DNA of 64,000 nucleotides from Alphaproteobacteria bacterium (GTDB taxonomy: Bacteria > Pseudomonadota > Alphaproteobacteria > UBA7887). The stretch covers positions 2,880,001 through 2,944,000 of the forward strand of contig CBDCGL010000011.1 of the NCBI GenBank assembly GCA_965216755.1, in the 5' to 3' direction. The notes below the pieces were generated by a model that saw only the letters and a list, made by a program, of their open reading frames with translations, was not told the DNA's origin and made no database searches. Shown here piece after piece: positions 36,401 through 46,269 of this stretch. The position numbers were made by a program, and so were the translations under genes. Within the stretch, counting starts at the first letter, position 1; each line of letters starts with the position of its first letter.

Positions 36401-37027
36401 ATGACCTTAAGCGTCATCGGCACCGGGTTTGGCCGCACCGGGACATTGTCGATGAAAGCGGCACTGGAACAACTCGGGTTTGGCCCCTGCCACCACATGA
36501 TGGAAGTGCGCCAAAATCCCGATCAAATCGCCCATTGGGAGGCCGCGGCCGATGACCGACCGGTGAATTGGAGTGCCGTGTTCGCAAAGTATCGATCGGC
36601 GGTAGACTGGCCGAGCGCACGCTACTGGCGTGCCTTGGTGGACCATTATCCTGACGCGAAGGTGATCTTGACCGCGCGCGACCCAGAGAGCTGGTATCGA
36701 AGCATCTGCAAGACGATCTTTGTGGTCATGAAAGAGCGCGCGAACATCGACGATCCGGCGCGTCGGCGGGTAATGAATATGGCCTATCGTACGATCGTTG
36801 AGCAAACCTTTGATGATCGTCTTGACGATCGCGACCATGCGATCGCGGTATATAAACGCCATGTCGAGGCGGTGATCGCCACCGTGCCTCGGGAACGATT
36901 GTTGGTGATGGAGGTGGCCGAAGGCTGGGCACCGTTGTGCCGACATCTGGGCTGCGCCGTGCCCGATGGGCCGTTTCCGCGCAGCAACAGTACGGAAGAG
37001 TTCTGGGAACGGTTGGCGCCGCGATGA
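36401..37027 (+). CDS. Sulfotransferase-like P-loop protein (Sulfotransfer_4)
   Basis: IGTGFGRTGTLS, CHHM, AVDWP, RDPESWYRS, GWAPLCRHLG. Confidence 0.88.
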   Translation: MTLSVIGTGFGRTGTLSMKAALEQLGFGPCHHMMEVRQNPDQIAHWEAAADDRPVNWSAVFAKYRSAVDWPSARYWRALVDHYPDAKVILTARDPESWYRSICKTIFVVMKERANIDDPARRRVMNMAYRTIVEQTFDDRLDDRDHAIAVYKRHVEAVIATVPRERLLVMEVAEGWAPLCRHLGCAVPDGPFPRSNSTEEFWERLAPR

Positions 37028-37425
37028 GTGTCGCATTCGCGATCGAGCCGACCCTTGACGTCGATGAAATGATCGACGTGTTCCGGCGTTCCGGTTTGGC
37101 GGAACGACGGCCCATGGATCAACCGGAATTGTTGGCGCGCATGGCGGCGGGCGGCAATTTGATCGTCACCGCCCGAGATCAAGGGAGACTTGTGGGCCTC
37201 GCCCGCTCGGTGACCGATTTCGCTTATTGCGTTTATCTCTCGGATCTCGCCACCGACACCGCCTATCAGGGCCGAGGGATCGGCACGCGTTTGATCGCCA
37301 TGACCCAAGACGCGGCTGGACCCGATGCCAATCTGGTTTTGATATCCGCGCCCGATGCGATGGTGTTTTACCGCCGTATCGGATTGGAGAATACCCCGGC
37401 CGCCTGGATCAAGCGGGTCCGCTGA
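37024..37425 (+). CDS. GNAT family N-acetyltransferase
   Basis: ARSVTDFAYCVYLSDLA, YQGRGIG, FYRRIG; ATGA overlap with the upstream gene. Confidence 0.9.
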   Translation: MSVAFAIEPTLDVDEMIDVFRRSGLAERRPMDQPELLARMAAGGNLIVTARDQGRLVGLARSVTDFAYCVYLSDLATDTAYQGRGIGTRLIAMTQDAAGPDANLVLISAPDAMVFYRRIGLENTPAAWIKRVR

Positions 37426-37580
37426 TCTTTTGCCAACGGCAGGGTTCGTCATGCCGACTTATGAGCGAATGGCGCCTAAGCCCCCGAAAATCGTCGCACG
37501 ACAGACATACCCGGCCGTGTAATCTCGCATGATCGGGCGCCTGAGACGCATCGCGATCGCCCGACAGGAAGGATGCCATC

Positions 37581-37865
37581 GTGAAAGTAATTGTCATCGC
37601 GCATCGCAAAGACGCCGGTCCGAACGCGTTCGCGCCCCATTTGGCGGCGGAAGCGACCCATGCCCTCGGTTTGTATCGCGACGAAGTGGTGCGCGAAATC
37701 TACTCGCGCCGAGATGGGAAGGGCGCCGTTCTGGTGCTGGAATGCAAAGACGAAGACGAAGCGCTGGCCATCGTCTCTGAATTGCCGTTAGCCAAAGCTG
37801 GGCTGCTGACGTTCGACGTCTATGGCACCAAACCGTTCCGGGGCATTGTCGAAATTCTCAACTGA
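37581..37865 (+). CDS. Small dimeric alpha/beta-barrel (muconolactone isomerase-like) protein
   Basis: GAAGGA RBS plus GTG; VREIYSRRDGKGAVLVLEC...LPLAKAGLL. Confidence 0.65.
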   Translation: MKVIVIAHRKDAGPNAFAPHLAAEATHALGLYRDEVVREIYSRRDGKGAVLVLECKDEDEALAIVSELPLAKAGLLTFDVYGTKPFRGIVEILN

Positions 37866-37897
37866 CACGCCACTGACCACGCGTGAAGGAGTCCGTC

Positions 37898-38674
37898 ATG
37901 TATCGAAAAAACCCGCTAAAGGCCCGTTTGGCGGCGGGCGGCAAGTGCTTGGGCGCGTGGACGTCACTGGCAAGCCCGGCGGTGGCCGAGATTCTGGCCT
38001 TGGCCGGTTTCGATTTCTTGATCATCGACTATGAGCATGGGCCGGCGGATCAACAAAATCTGGTCAACCAGCTGCGTGCCATGACAGCCACCGCCGCGAC
38101 CGCGATTTTGCGCGTGCCAAGCCACGATCCGAATTATCTCAAGACGGTTCTTGATCACGGCATCGAAGGGGTGATGGTGCCGAACGTCAAGACAGCCGAT
38201 GAGGCGCGCGCCATTGCCGCCGCCTGCCGCTATCCACCCGCGGGCATTCGAGGGTCGGCCTATCCGATCGCGCGCGGCGCCAGCTATGGCATCGATGCCG
38301 AGGATTATCTGCGCACCATCAACGACAATCTGGTGATCATGTGCCAGATCGAATCGAACACGGGCGTCGAAAATATCGATGCGATCGCGGCAGTCGACGG
38401 CATCGATGTGCTGTTCATGGGAGTCAACGATCTGGCCGGCAGCGTTGGTCGACTCGGCAGTTTAGACCATCCGGAGGTCCTCGGCCTGATCGAAAGGTTC
38501 GAAGCCGGCGTACGCAAATCAGGTAAATATTTGGGTAGCATTCCGCAGCCAGGCCGCAGCTATCAAGACTTGTTCGATGCAGGCTACAGCGTCGCGGCCG
38601 CCTTTTCCGATAGCTACACGTTGATGGATGCGGCCCGCGGCGCTGTCAAAACACATCGGGAGGCCAATGGTTAG
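37898..38674 (+). CDS. HpcH/HpaI class II aldolase
   Basis: GFDFLIIDYEHG, RYPPAGIRG, QIES, DLAGS. Confidence 0.9.
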   Translation: MYRKNPLKARLAAGGKCLGAWTSLASPAVAEILALAGFDFLIIDYEHGPADQQNLVNQLRAMTATAATAILRVPSHDPNYLKTVLDHGIEGVMVPNVKTADEARAIAAACRYPPAGIRGSAYPIARGASYGIDAEDYLRTINDNLVIMCQIESNTGVENIDAIAAVDGIDVLFMGVNDLAGSVGRLGSLDHPEVLGLIERFEAGVRKSGKYLGSIPQPGRSYQDLFDAGYSVAAAFSDSYTLMDAARGAVKTHREANG

Positions 38675-38686
38675 GCTGCGCCCCGT

Positions 38687-40345
38687 CTAAGACGCGACGC
38701 GGGCACGATCGATAATTTCGTCGTAGGCGAGGCCGGCGGGCAAACTGCCATAGCTGCGCCCCCAATCGCCGGCCAGCCGTGACGCCAAGAAACCCTCGGC
38801 CACCGCGCTCGGCGCATGTTGCACAAGTAGCGCGCCTTGCAGGGTGAGGGCCATCATTTCGGTCAACCGACGCGCCCGGACTTCGCGCTCGCCCGGCAAA
38901 TCGAGCGCGTTTTTGAGCTGGTCGGCGGCGGCATCGAGCCGCGGATCGGTCCCCCGCGCGGCGTCGATTTCAGCCAAGAACGCCGCCAATGAACTTGGTT
39001 CGCGGCTCATGGCACGCAAGACATCCAGACAAATCACATTGCCTGAGCCTTCCCAGATGCTGTTGACGGGTGCTTCGCGATAAAGCCGCGGCAGCATTGA
39101 GTCTTCAACATAGCCGCCACCCCCAAGACATTCCATCGCTTCATAAACATGGTTCGGCAAGCGTTTGTTGACCCAATATTTGGCGACCGCGACGGCAATC
39201 CGTGCAAATAGCGTCTGATCGGGGTCGCGGGTGGCCTCGTCATAGCCGCGCGCCACGCGCATGGTCAGCATTGTGGCCGCTTCGGATTCGATCACAAGAT
39301 CGGCCAAAACGTTACGCATGAGCGGATGCTGGGTCAGGCGGCGCTGGAACGTGGTGCGATGATCGGCGTGATGGACGGCTTGGACGGTGGCCTGGCGCAT
39401 CATGCCGGCCGGCGCGACGGCCGTATCCAAGCGGGTGTGTTGCACCATGTCCATGATGGTTGCGATGCCGCGCCCCTCCTCGCCGATCAGGCGCGCCCAG
39501 GTGCCGTCATATTCGATCTCGGCGGATGCATTCGATCGGTTGCCAAGCTTATCCTTGAGCCGCTGAATCAGAAACGGGTTGCGGCTGCCATCGGGCTGCC
39601 AGCGCGGCACCAAGAAACACGACGGCCCTTTGTCGGTGACCGCCAACGTTAGAAACGCGTCCGACATGGGCGCCGAACAAAACCATTTATGGCCGCGCAG
39701 CGCATAGGCGCCATTGGCGCCAAGCGCTTCCGCCCGCGTGGTATTGGTCCGCACGTCCGAGCCACCTTGTTTTTCGGTCATTGCCATGCCGATCGTGGCG
39801 CCCGCTTTTTCCGCCGCCGGCACACAGGCCGGGTCATAGTGGCTCGACAGTGCGCGGGGTTCCCAAACGGCGGCAACGTTCGGTTGGTGACGCAATGCCG
39901 CAACCGAAGCATAAGTCATGGTGATCGGGCAGCACACGCCCGCTTCCACCTGGGTCAGCAGATATTCCAGCGACGCGTGGGCGACATGGCCGCCGGGTCG
40001 GTCCGCCGTCCAGCCAAGCGCGTGGACTTCGTGGTTGATGGCCAACGCCATGAGTTCGTGGTAGGCGGGGTGAAACACAACCTCGTCAATGCGCTGTCCA
40101 AAGCGATCAAAAGCTCTCAGTTCCGGTGGCTGGCGATTGGCGGTCGCGCCGAGCTCAAGCACGTGCTCGGTCGCCAGCAGCGCGCCAAATCGGCGCAGGC
40201 GGTCGACGGCCCAACCTGCGCCTTCGCGCTTGACCGCCTCGACCAATGCTGGATCGCGATCAAACAAATTATAGTCCGCCAGGATCGGCGGCTGGTTGGT
40301 CACCTCGTGGGTGGCGAGTTCGGTGCGCGGGGCGCGCGGCGCCAT
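38687..40345 (-). CDS. aidB: AidB-like acyl-CoA dehydrogenase
   Basis: THEVTNQPP, CPITMT, MTEKQGGSDVR, GHKWFCSAP, PVNSIWEGSGN. Confidence 0.9.
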   Translation of the reverse strand: MAPRAPRTELATHEVTNQPPILADYNLFDRDPALVEAVKREGAGWAVDRLRRFGALLATEHVLELGATANRQPPELRAFDRFGQRIDEVVFHPAYHELMALAINHEVHALGWTADRPGGHVAHASLEYLLTQVEAGVCCPITMTYASVAALRHQPNVAAVWEPRALSSHYDPACVPAAEKAGATIGMAMTEKQGGSDVRTNTTRAEALGANGAYALRGHKWFCSAPMSDAFLTLAVTDKGPSCFLVPRWQPDGSRNPFLIQRLKDKLGNRSNASAEIEYDGTWARLIGEEGRGIATIMDMVQHTRLDTAVAPAGMMRQATVQAVHHADHRTTFQRRLTQHPLMRNVLADLVIESEAATMLTMRVARGYDEATRDPDQTLFARIAVAVAKYWVNKRLPNHVYEAMECLGGGGYVEDSMLPRLYREAPVNSIWEGSGNVICLDVLRAMSREPSSLAAFLAEIDAARGTDPRLDAAADQLKNALDLPGEREVRARRLTEMMALTLQGALLVQHAPSAVAEGFLASRLAGDWGRSYGSLPAGLAYDEIIDRARVAS

Positions 40346-40348
40346 GGA

Positions 40349-42769
40349 CTACCCTTTCAAATCTCGGTAAGGCCCGGCGTCGAAAGCGTCGACCTGAATC
40401 GCGTCATGGCGGGCCGCGTTTGCTGCCGTCAACAACGTCAGATCGTCGTCGCTGATCAGGCCTTTGGCATGGGCGTCGGCAACGTGTTCCGCTTCGGTGG
40501 CCCCGTTCACTTGACCGGTGCGCGCGGCGTCGCGAGTCTTGCGCCGGATCGGCGCTGCGCGCACGACCAAATCCAAAGTCGCTTCAAGGCGACCCAACCC
40601 CTCTTCCTGGCTGGCCGGAACATAGACATCGGGGGTCAGCCGCAGACGTCCGGCGCTGCCATCGAGCATGCCTTGGGCCACGCGCGCGCCCAGGCGATCG
40701 CTGGGTGGTTTCATGCGCGCGCCCAGCGGCATGGCCAAAAGCCGCGTGGTCCGTGCCACCGCACGGTTCGGTAAATTAGTGAGCACACCATCCAATGCCT
40801 GCTCCACTTGCCACGCCGCATGGGTGCACGCCCAATCGAGCATATCGCGATCGGCGGTCGGTGCCCCCTCATCGTGAAAGCGTTTGACCGCCGCCGAACC
40901 AAGGTAAAGCCAAGCCAGCGCATCGGCCAGGCGGCCGGTAATCTTTTCGCGTCGCTTCAGCGCGCCGCCCAGAGTGGCCATGGCAGTGTCGGAGGTCAGC
41001 GCAAAGGCCGCACTGAGGCGATCGAAATTTCTGACATGGGGCGCCACAAGGCCATTGACCGAAGATTGCGCCAAACGCCCGCCACTGAGCCCCAGCGCGC
41101 CGGCACGGACCGCGTTGCGGGCGACAAGATTGACATGACCAAAAATCGCGCGATCGAACCGCGTCACGTCGCCTGCCGCCAAGGCAGCCATTTCGTCCTG
41201 CACAAAGGGATGGCAGCGCACGGCGCCTTGCCCGTAGATGATCATCGAGCGCGTGAGAATGTTGGCACCTTCGACCGTGATGCCGATCGGCACGGCGACA
41301 AAGCCGCGCCCCAATATGTTCTTTGGTCCACGACAAATGCCGGCGCCACCTTGAATATCCATGGCATCGTTCAGATCGCTGCGCATGGTATCGGTCAAAT
41401 AGGCCTTGGCGATCGCCGACAGTACGGCCGGCTTTTCGCCGGCGTCGACCGCGCCGCAGGTGAGCCGGCGTGCCGCATCCATCAAATAGGTATGGCCACC
41501 GATCCGGGCCAAAGGTTCTTCGATACCTTCGAAGCGCCCGATTGGCAGGTTGAATTGCTCACGAATCGTTGCATAGGCACCGACGGTTCGTGTCGCCAGC
41601 TGGGAACCGGCGGCGGCCAGCGACGGCAGCGAGATCGAGCGCCCGGCCGCCAAACAATCCATCAGCATATGCCAACCCTGGCCGACCCCTGCCCGGCCGC
41701 CAATGATGAAATCGAGCGGCACGAATACATCGCGGCCGATAATCGGGCCGTTTTGAAACGGGACCCCCATGGGGTCGTGGCGCCGGCCGATGTCGATGCC
41801 AGGCAGATCGCGCGGGATCAGCGCGCAGGTGATGCCCAAGTCCTCTCGGTCGCCCAACAAGCCGTCCGGGTCCAAAAGCCGAAACGCGAGGCCGATTACC
41901 GTCGCCACCGGTGCCAGGGTGATATAGCGCTTTTCCCAATTCAAGCGCATGCCGAGCACGTCTTCGCCGTTAAAATCGCCCCGACAGACCACGCCAGTGC
42001 TGCGCGGCGACGCGGCGTCACTGCCGGCCTCGGGCTCGGTCAAGGCAAAGCACGGAATTTCCTCGCCACGGGCCAGACGTGGCAGATAATGATCTTTTTG
42101 CGCGTCGGTCCCATAGTGGAGCAACAATTCGGACGGCCCCAGAGAATTTGGCACCATCACGGTAACCGCCGTGGTGATGCTGCGAGTCGACAATTTCGCG
42201 ATCACCGCCGAATGGCCAATCGCGGAGAATCCCAAGCCCCCGTAATCTTCCGGGATGATCATGCCGAGGAAGCGTTTGTCCTTCAGATACGCCCATACCG
42301 CGGGCGGCAGGTCGCGCTCTTGCTGGATCTGCCAGTCATCGACCATGGCGCACAGTTCTTCGACCGGCCCATCCAGAAACGCCTGTTCGGCGTCGGACAA
42401 TGGCCTGGCCTTAAAGTCGAACAGCTTGGCCCAGTCGGGCTTCCCGGAAAACAATTCGCCGTCCCACCAAACGGTGCCGGCCTCTAGGGCGATCCGCTCG
42501 GTCTCGCCCATCACCGGCATGGCGTTGCGGAGGCGGCGCATCAAAGGCGCGGAGACCAGGCGGGCGCGCAGTGGCCGAATGCCGAACAACCCCGCGGCAA
42601 TAATGGCAATTACCGTCGAAGCCCAGAACAATACCGGGGCACCGGGGCCTGCCAGCCACCAGGCGATCAGCAACACGCCGGCCGCCGCCACCCAGGCCCC
42701 ATAGCCCCGCCCCCGAAACACCAGGATCAAGAGGACGGCAATAGCCAAAACGAATGCAAAAACTGTCAT
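40349..42769 (-). CDS. fadE: Long-chain acyl-CoA dehydrogenase FadE (with DUF1974 tail)
   Basis: ALEAGTVWWDGELFSG, VMVPNSLGP, ALTEPEAGSDA, ITVEGANILTR. Confidence 0.93.
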   Translation of the reverse strand: MTVFAFVLAIAVLLILVFRGRGYGAWVAAAGVLLIAWWLAGPGAPVLFWASTVIAIIAAGLFGIRPLRARLVSAPLMRRLRNAMPVMGETERIALEAGTVWWDGELFSGKPDWAKLFDFKARPLSDAEQAFLDGPVEELCAMVDDWQIQQERDLPPAVWAYLKDKRFLGMIIPEDYGGLGFSAIGHSAVIAKLSTRSITTAVTVMVPNSLGPSELLLHYGTDAQKDHYLPRLARGEEIPCFALTEPEAGSDAASPRSTGVVCRGDFNGEDVLGMRLNWEKRYITLAPVATVIGLAFRLLDPDGLLGDREDLGITCALIPRDLPGIDIGRRHDPMGVPFQNGPIIGRDVFVPLDFIIGGRAGVGQGWHMLMDCLAAGRSISLPSLAAAGSQLATRTVGAYATIREQFNLPIGRFEGIEEPLARIGGHTYLMDAARRLTCGAVDAGEKPAVLSAIAKAYLTDTMRSDLNDAMDIQGGAGICRGPKNILGRGFVAVPIGITVEGANILTRSMIIYGQGAVRCHPFVQDEMAALAAGDVTRFDRAIFGHVNLVARNAVRAGALGLSGGRLAQSSVNGLVAPHVRNFDRLSAAFALTSDTAMATLGGALKRREKITGRLADALAWLYLGSAAVKRFHDEGAPTADRDMLDWACTHAAWQVEQALDGVLTNLPNRAVARTTRLLAMPLGARMKPPSDRLGARVAQGMLDGSAGRLRLTPDVYVPASQEEGLGRLEATLDLVVRAAPIRRKTRDAARTGQVNGATEAEHVADAHAKGLISDDDLTLLTAANAARHDAIQVDAFDAGPYRDLKG

Positions 42770-42772
42770 GGC

Positions 42773-45100
42773 TCAATTCCTGAGCGGTTTGCCGGTGCGC
42801 AGCATGTGCCCGATGCGGGCGATCGACGCCGGATGCTTGGCCAAATTGACGAACGCCTCACGTTCCAGCCGCAGGAGAGTGTCTTCGTCGGTCGGCGCGG
42901 TGATATCGGCCGTACCACCGCTGACCACGTTGGCCAAGGCGCGGCCCACCACCACGTCATGCGGGGTCGCCTTGCCGGTGCGGCGATAGCCATCGACCAC
43001 CATGCCGATGGCCACGGCCGCGGTTTCACCGGGCAAGGGAATGGCGGTTTCTTGAGGGCGCTGATAGCCGGCGACGCGCGCCAAGGCCTTGGCCTTGGCA
43101 TCAGCCAGCAACCGATCGCGATTCATGGTGATGCCATCGTCGGGGCGCAGAAATAGGGAATCACGCGCCTCCTCGGCCGACCGCGCAACGGTTGCCAAGC
43201 CAATCGTTTCGAACACCTTGATCACCGGCGGCATCGGACCGCCGGGCCGATCCGGATGGGCGAACCAACGCAACAGCAATTCCTTGCAGCCACCCCAGCC
43301 GGGAATGACACCGACGCCGGTTTCGACCAAGCCAGTATAGGTTTCGCTATGAGCTTGGACCGCGTCCGCATGCAGCATGATCTCACAGCCGCCACCCAGC
43401 GCCATACCCGCGGGCGCAACGACGACCGGAAAAGGCGCATATTTCAGGCCTCTGTAGATTTTCTGGCCGCGTCCGACCATCCGGCGCACGACAAAACTAA
43501 GGCGCAGCTTGGCCGCAATCAGGAGTAATCCGATGTTGGCGCCGACGGAAAAGTTGCTGGCTTCGTTGTAGACCACCAGCGCCTTATGGCCGCGCGGCAC
43601 TGTGGCGATGGCGGTTTTGACCATGGCCAGGCCGCCTGGCCCGAGCGCGTTCATCTTGCTGTGGAATTCGAGGCACAGAACACCATCGCCGATATCCCAC
43701 AGGCTGGCGGCACGATTTTTTGCGACGGGGCGGCTGCGACGCTTGATGTCCGCCAGCAGCAATATGCCGGGCGCGCGCGGCACATCGCGATAGGTGCCGT
43801 CAAACGTAAAACATTGACGCCTGCCGCCCAAGGTTCGGTAAAAGGTGCGGTCGCCCACCTGGCGTAGCAGCGCCGGTACGGGCCGGCCTTCATTTTCGAA
43901 CCGCGCGCAAAGCCATGCCGGCCCCAGCTGATCCATCAATTCGAAGGGGCCATACTTCCAGTTGTAGCCAAGGCGCATCGCCGCGTCGACAGACGCGATA
44001 TCGTCAGCGATCTCATTGGCCAGCGCGGCGGCGTAAGACAAAGTGCCGGCGAGCACCCGCCAGGCATAGCGGCCGCCCTTGTCGGCGTGAGACACGAGCG
44101 CGCGCAGCCCACCCTTTTTGGCCGCCGCGACGCTCGCCAGCTTGGGGCGCGCCGCGTCTTTGTACACACCCGTGGTCAGATCGCGGGCTTGCTTGACCCG
44201 CCGACCATCCGTGGTATCGAGCCGATAAAACCCGCCCTTGCCCTTACGGCCGGTATACCCCGCGGCGATCATCTCCTCGATCATTGTGGGGGCCCGGTAA
44301 ATCGCGTGAAATGGATCATCGGCCGGCAAGGCATCGGCCATGCTGTTGAGCACATGTGGCATCAGGTCCAAGCCGACCATATCCAGTAGGCCGAACACGC
44401 CGGATTTGGGAATGCCCATCGGCCGGCCACCCACCGCATCAGCTTCTTCGATCGTGAGCCCATCGTCGAGTGCCGCGACCACAGCGCATTGCAACCAATA
44501 GGTACCTATGCGATTGGCGATAAAGCCGGGCGTGTCCTTGGCGTCGATCACCGTTTTGCCCATGGCGCGGTCCATAAACGTGCGCACCCCGGCGACCGCG
44601 TCGGCGCGCGTGTCGGGCCCGGCGACCAGCTCCACCAAACGCATGTAGCGCGGCGGATTGAAAAAATGGGTGATCAAAAAATCTTCGCGAAAGCGCGACG
44701 GCATGCCTTCGGTCAACGTCGCGAGCGGCAAGGTCGATGTATTTGAAGACACAATCGTACCGTCGCGGCGCACCGCCTCCACGCGGCGATACAGATCGCG
44801 TTTGATATCGGCGCGCTCGACCACCGCCTCGATGATCCAATCGCAATCGCCGGCGCGCGCCAGGTCATCTTCGATATTGCCGGCTGTGATGCGCGCCGCA
44901 AAGCGCTTGTGCATCAAAGGCGCCGGATCGGTTTTCAGCAATTTCGCGATCGCGCCCGTGGCCAGCACGTTGCGGTCGTCCGCGCCGTCCTGCACGATAT
45001 CCAGCAACAACACCGACGCGCCGGCATTGGCCAAGTGGGCGGCGATGCCCGCGCCCATGACGCCGGCACCGATCACCGCCACCCTGTCGATCAGGGTCAC
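42773..45100 (-). CDS. 3-hydroxyacyl-CoA dehydrogenase/enoyl-CoA hydratase (FadN-type)
   Basis: VIGAGVMG, SSNTS, HFFNPPRYM, ALGGGCE, GKPLRN; GTG start overlaps the thiolase stop. Confidence 0.93.
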   Translation of the reverse strand: MTLIDRVAVIGAGVMGAGIAAHLANAGASVLLLDIVQDGADDRNVLATGAIAKLLKTDPAPLMHKRFAARITAGNIEDDLARAGDCDWIIEAVVERADIKRDLYRRVEAVRRDGTIVSSNTSTLPLATLTEGMPSRFREDFLITHFFNPPRYMRLVELVAGPDTRADAVAGVRTFMDRAMGKTVIDAKDTPGFIANRIGTYWLQCAVVAALDDGLTIEEADAVGGRPMGIPKSGVFGLLDMVGLDLMPHVLNSMADALPADDPFHAIYRAPTMIEEMIAAGYTGRKGKGGFYRLDTTDGRRVKQARDLTTGVYKDAARPKLASVAAAKKGGLRALVSHADKGGRYAWRVLAGTLSYAAALANEIADDIASVDAAMRLGYNWKYGPFELMDQLGPAWLCARFENEGRPVPALLRQVGDRTFYRTLGGRRQCFTFDGTYRDVPRAPGILLLADIKRRSRPVAKNRAASLWDIGDGVLCLEFHSKMNALGPGGLAMVKTAIATVPRGHKALVVYNEASNFSVGANIGLLLIAAKLRLSFVVRRMVGRGQKIYRGLKYAPFPVVVAPAGMALGGGCEIMLHADAVQAHSETYTGLVETGVGVIPGWGGCKELLLRWFAHPDRPGGPMPPVIKVFETIGLATVARSAEEARDSLFLRPDDGITMNRDRLLADAKAKALARVAGYQRPQETAIPLPGETAAVAIGMVVDGYRRTGKATPHDVVVGRALANVVSGGTADITAPTDEDTLLRLEREAFVNLAKHPASIARIGHMLRTGKPLRN

Positions 45101-46236
45101 GACACGGCTTCCAGGATTGTCGCGATGCCCTGGCCACCACCGATACATTGCGTCGCCAACGCATAGCGGCCGCCATTGCGCGCCAGCAGTGCCGACGCCT
45201 TGCCAGTGATACGCGCGCCGGTCGCCCCGAGCGGGTGCCCGAACGCGATCGCCCCACCATCAACGTTGACCTTGTCCGCAGGCAAGCCCAAATCGCCGAT
45301 GCAGGCGAGCGCCTGGGAGGCAAAGGCCTCGTTGAGCTCGATCAGATCCAGATCGCCGACCGTCAACGCGGCCCGCGCCAACGCTTTGCGCGTGGCATGG
45401 ACCGGGCCGATACCCATGATCTCCGGTTCGCAGCCGGCCACGGCGATGCTTTTCAGGCGCGCCATCGGTGTCAGCCCCGTCCGTGCCGCGTAGTCGGCGC
45501 TGCAGATTAGAGTCGCCGCCGCGCCATCGGTCAGCGGCGACGACGTGCCCGCCGTGACCGTGCCGTCTTGATCAAATGCCGGCTTCAGCCCGGCCAGGTC
45601 CTCGGCGGTGGTCTCGGGACGCAAGCAGCCGTCGGCCGCAATCCGTGTGTCACCATGGCTGACCGCGACCACTTCGTCGTCGAGCCAACCGGCCGCCCGC
45701 GCCTTGGCAGCCTTGGCCTGGCTTTCCACCGCAAACGCGTCTTGGGCGGCACGGCCAATCTGATACCGCTTGGCAACGTTCTCGGCGGTATCGCCCATGG
45801 CCGCGTAGGCTTCCGGATAGCTCTCATACAGCGCCGGGTTGGGCATCGGGTTATAGCCGCCCATCGGCACCCGGGTCATGGACTCGACGCCGGCACAAAT
45901 GAACGCCTCGCCAGCCTGCATACGGATCGCGCCTGCCGCCATGTGGATGGCATACATGGACGAGCCGCAAAACCGATTGACGGTGGCGCCGGCGACGGAA
46001 ATCGGCAACCCCGCCCTGAGCGCCACGTAGCGCGCCATATTGAGCCCTTGTTCGGCCTCCGGAAACGCACAACCGATGATCAGATCCTCGATGTCGGCGG
46101 GCGTAACACCGGTCTTCGCCACCAAGGCCTGAACCACCTGGGCCGCCAAATCGTCGGGCCGCATGGGAGCCAGGGCGCCCTTATGGGCGAATGCAAAGGG
46201 AGAGCGGACATAGCCGGCGACAACCACATCCGTCAT
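45097..46236 (-). CDS. fadA: Acetyl-CoA C-acyltransferase (thiolase)
   Basis: VNRFCGSS, NEAFA, GHPLGATG, CIGGGQG. Confidence 0.93.
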   Translation of the reverse strand: MTDVVVAGYVRSPFAFAHKGALAPMRPDDLAAQVVQALVAKTGVTPADIEDLIIGCAFPEAEQGLNMARYVALRAGLPISVAGATVNRFCGSSMYAIHMAAGAIRMQAGEAFICAGVESMTRVPMGGYNPMPNPALYESYPEAYAAMGDTAENVAKRYQIGRAAQDAFAVESQAKAAKARAAGWLDDEVVAVSHGDTRIAADGCLRPETTAEDLAGLKPAFDQDGTVTAGTSSPLTDGAAATLICSADYAARTGLTPMARLKSIAVAGCEPEIMGIGPVHATRKALARAALTVGDLDLIELNEAFASQALACIGDLGLPADKVNVDGGAIAFGHPLGATGARITGKASALLARNGGRYALATQCIGGGQGIATILEAVS

Positions 46237-46269
46237 GGACGGCGCCCTCGGGTTGACGCAGGCCTCCGG

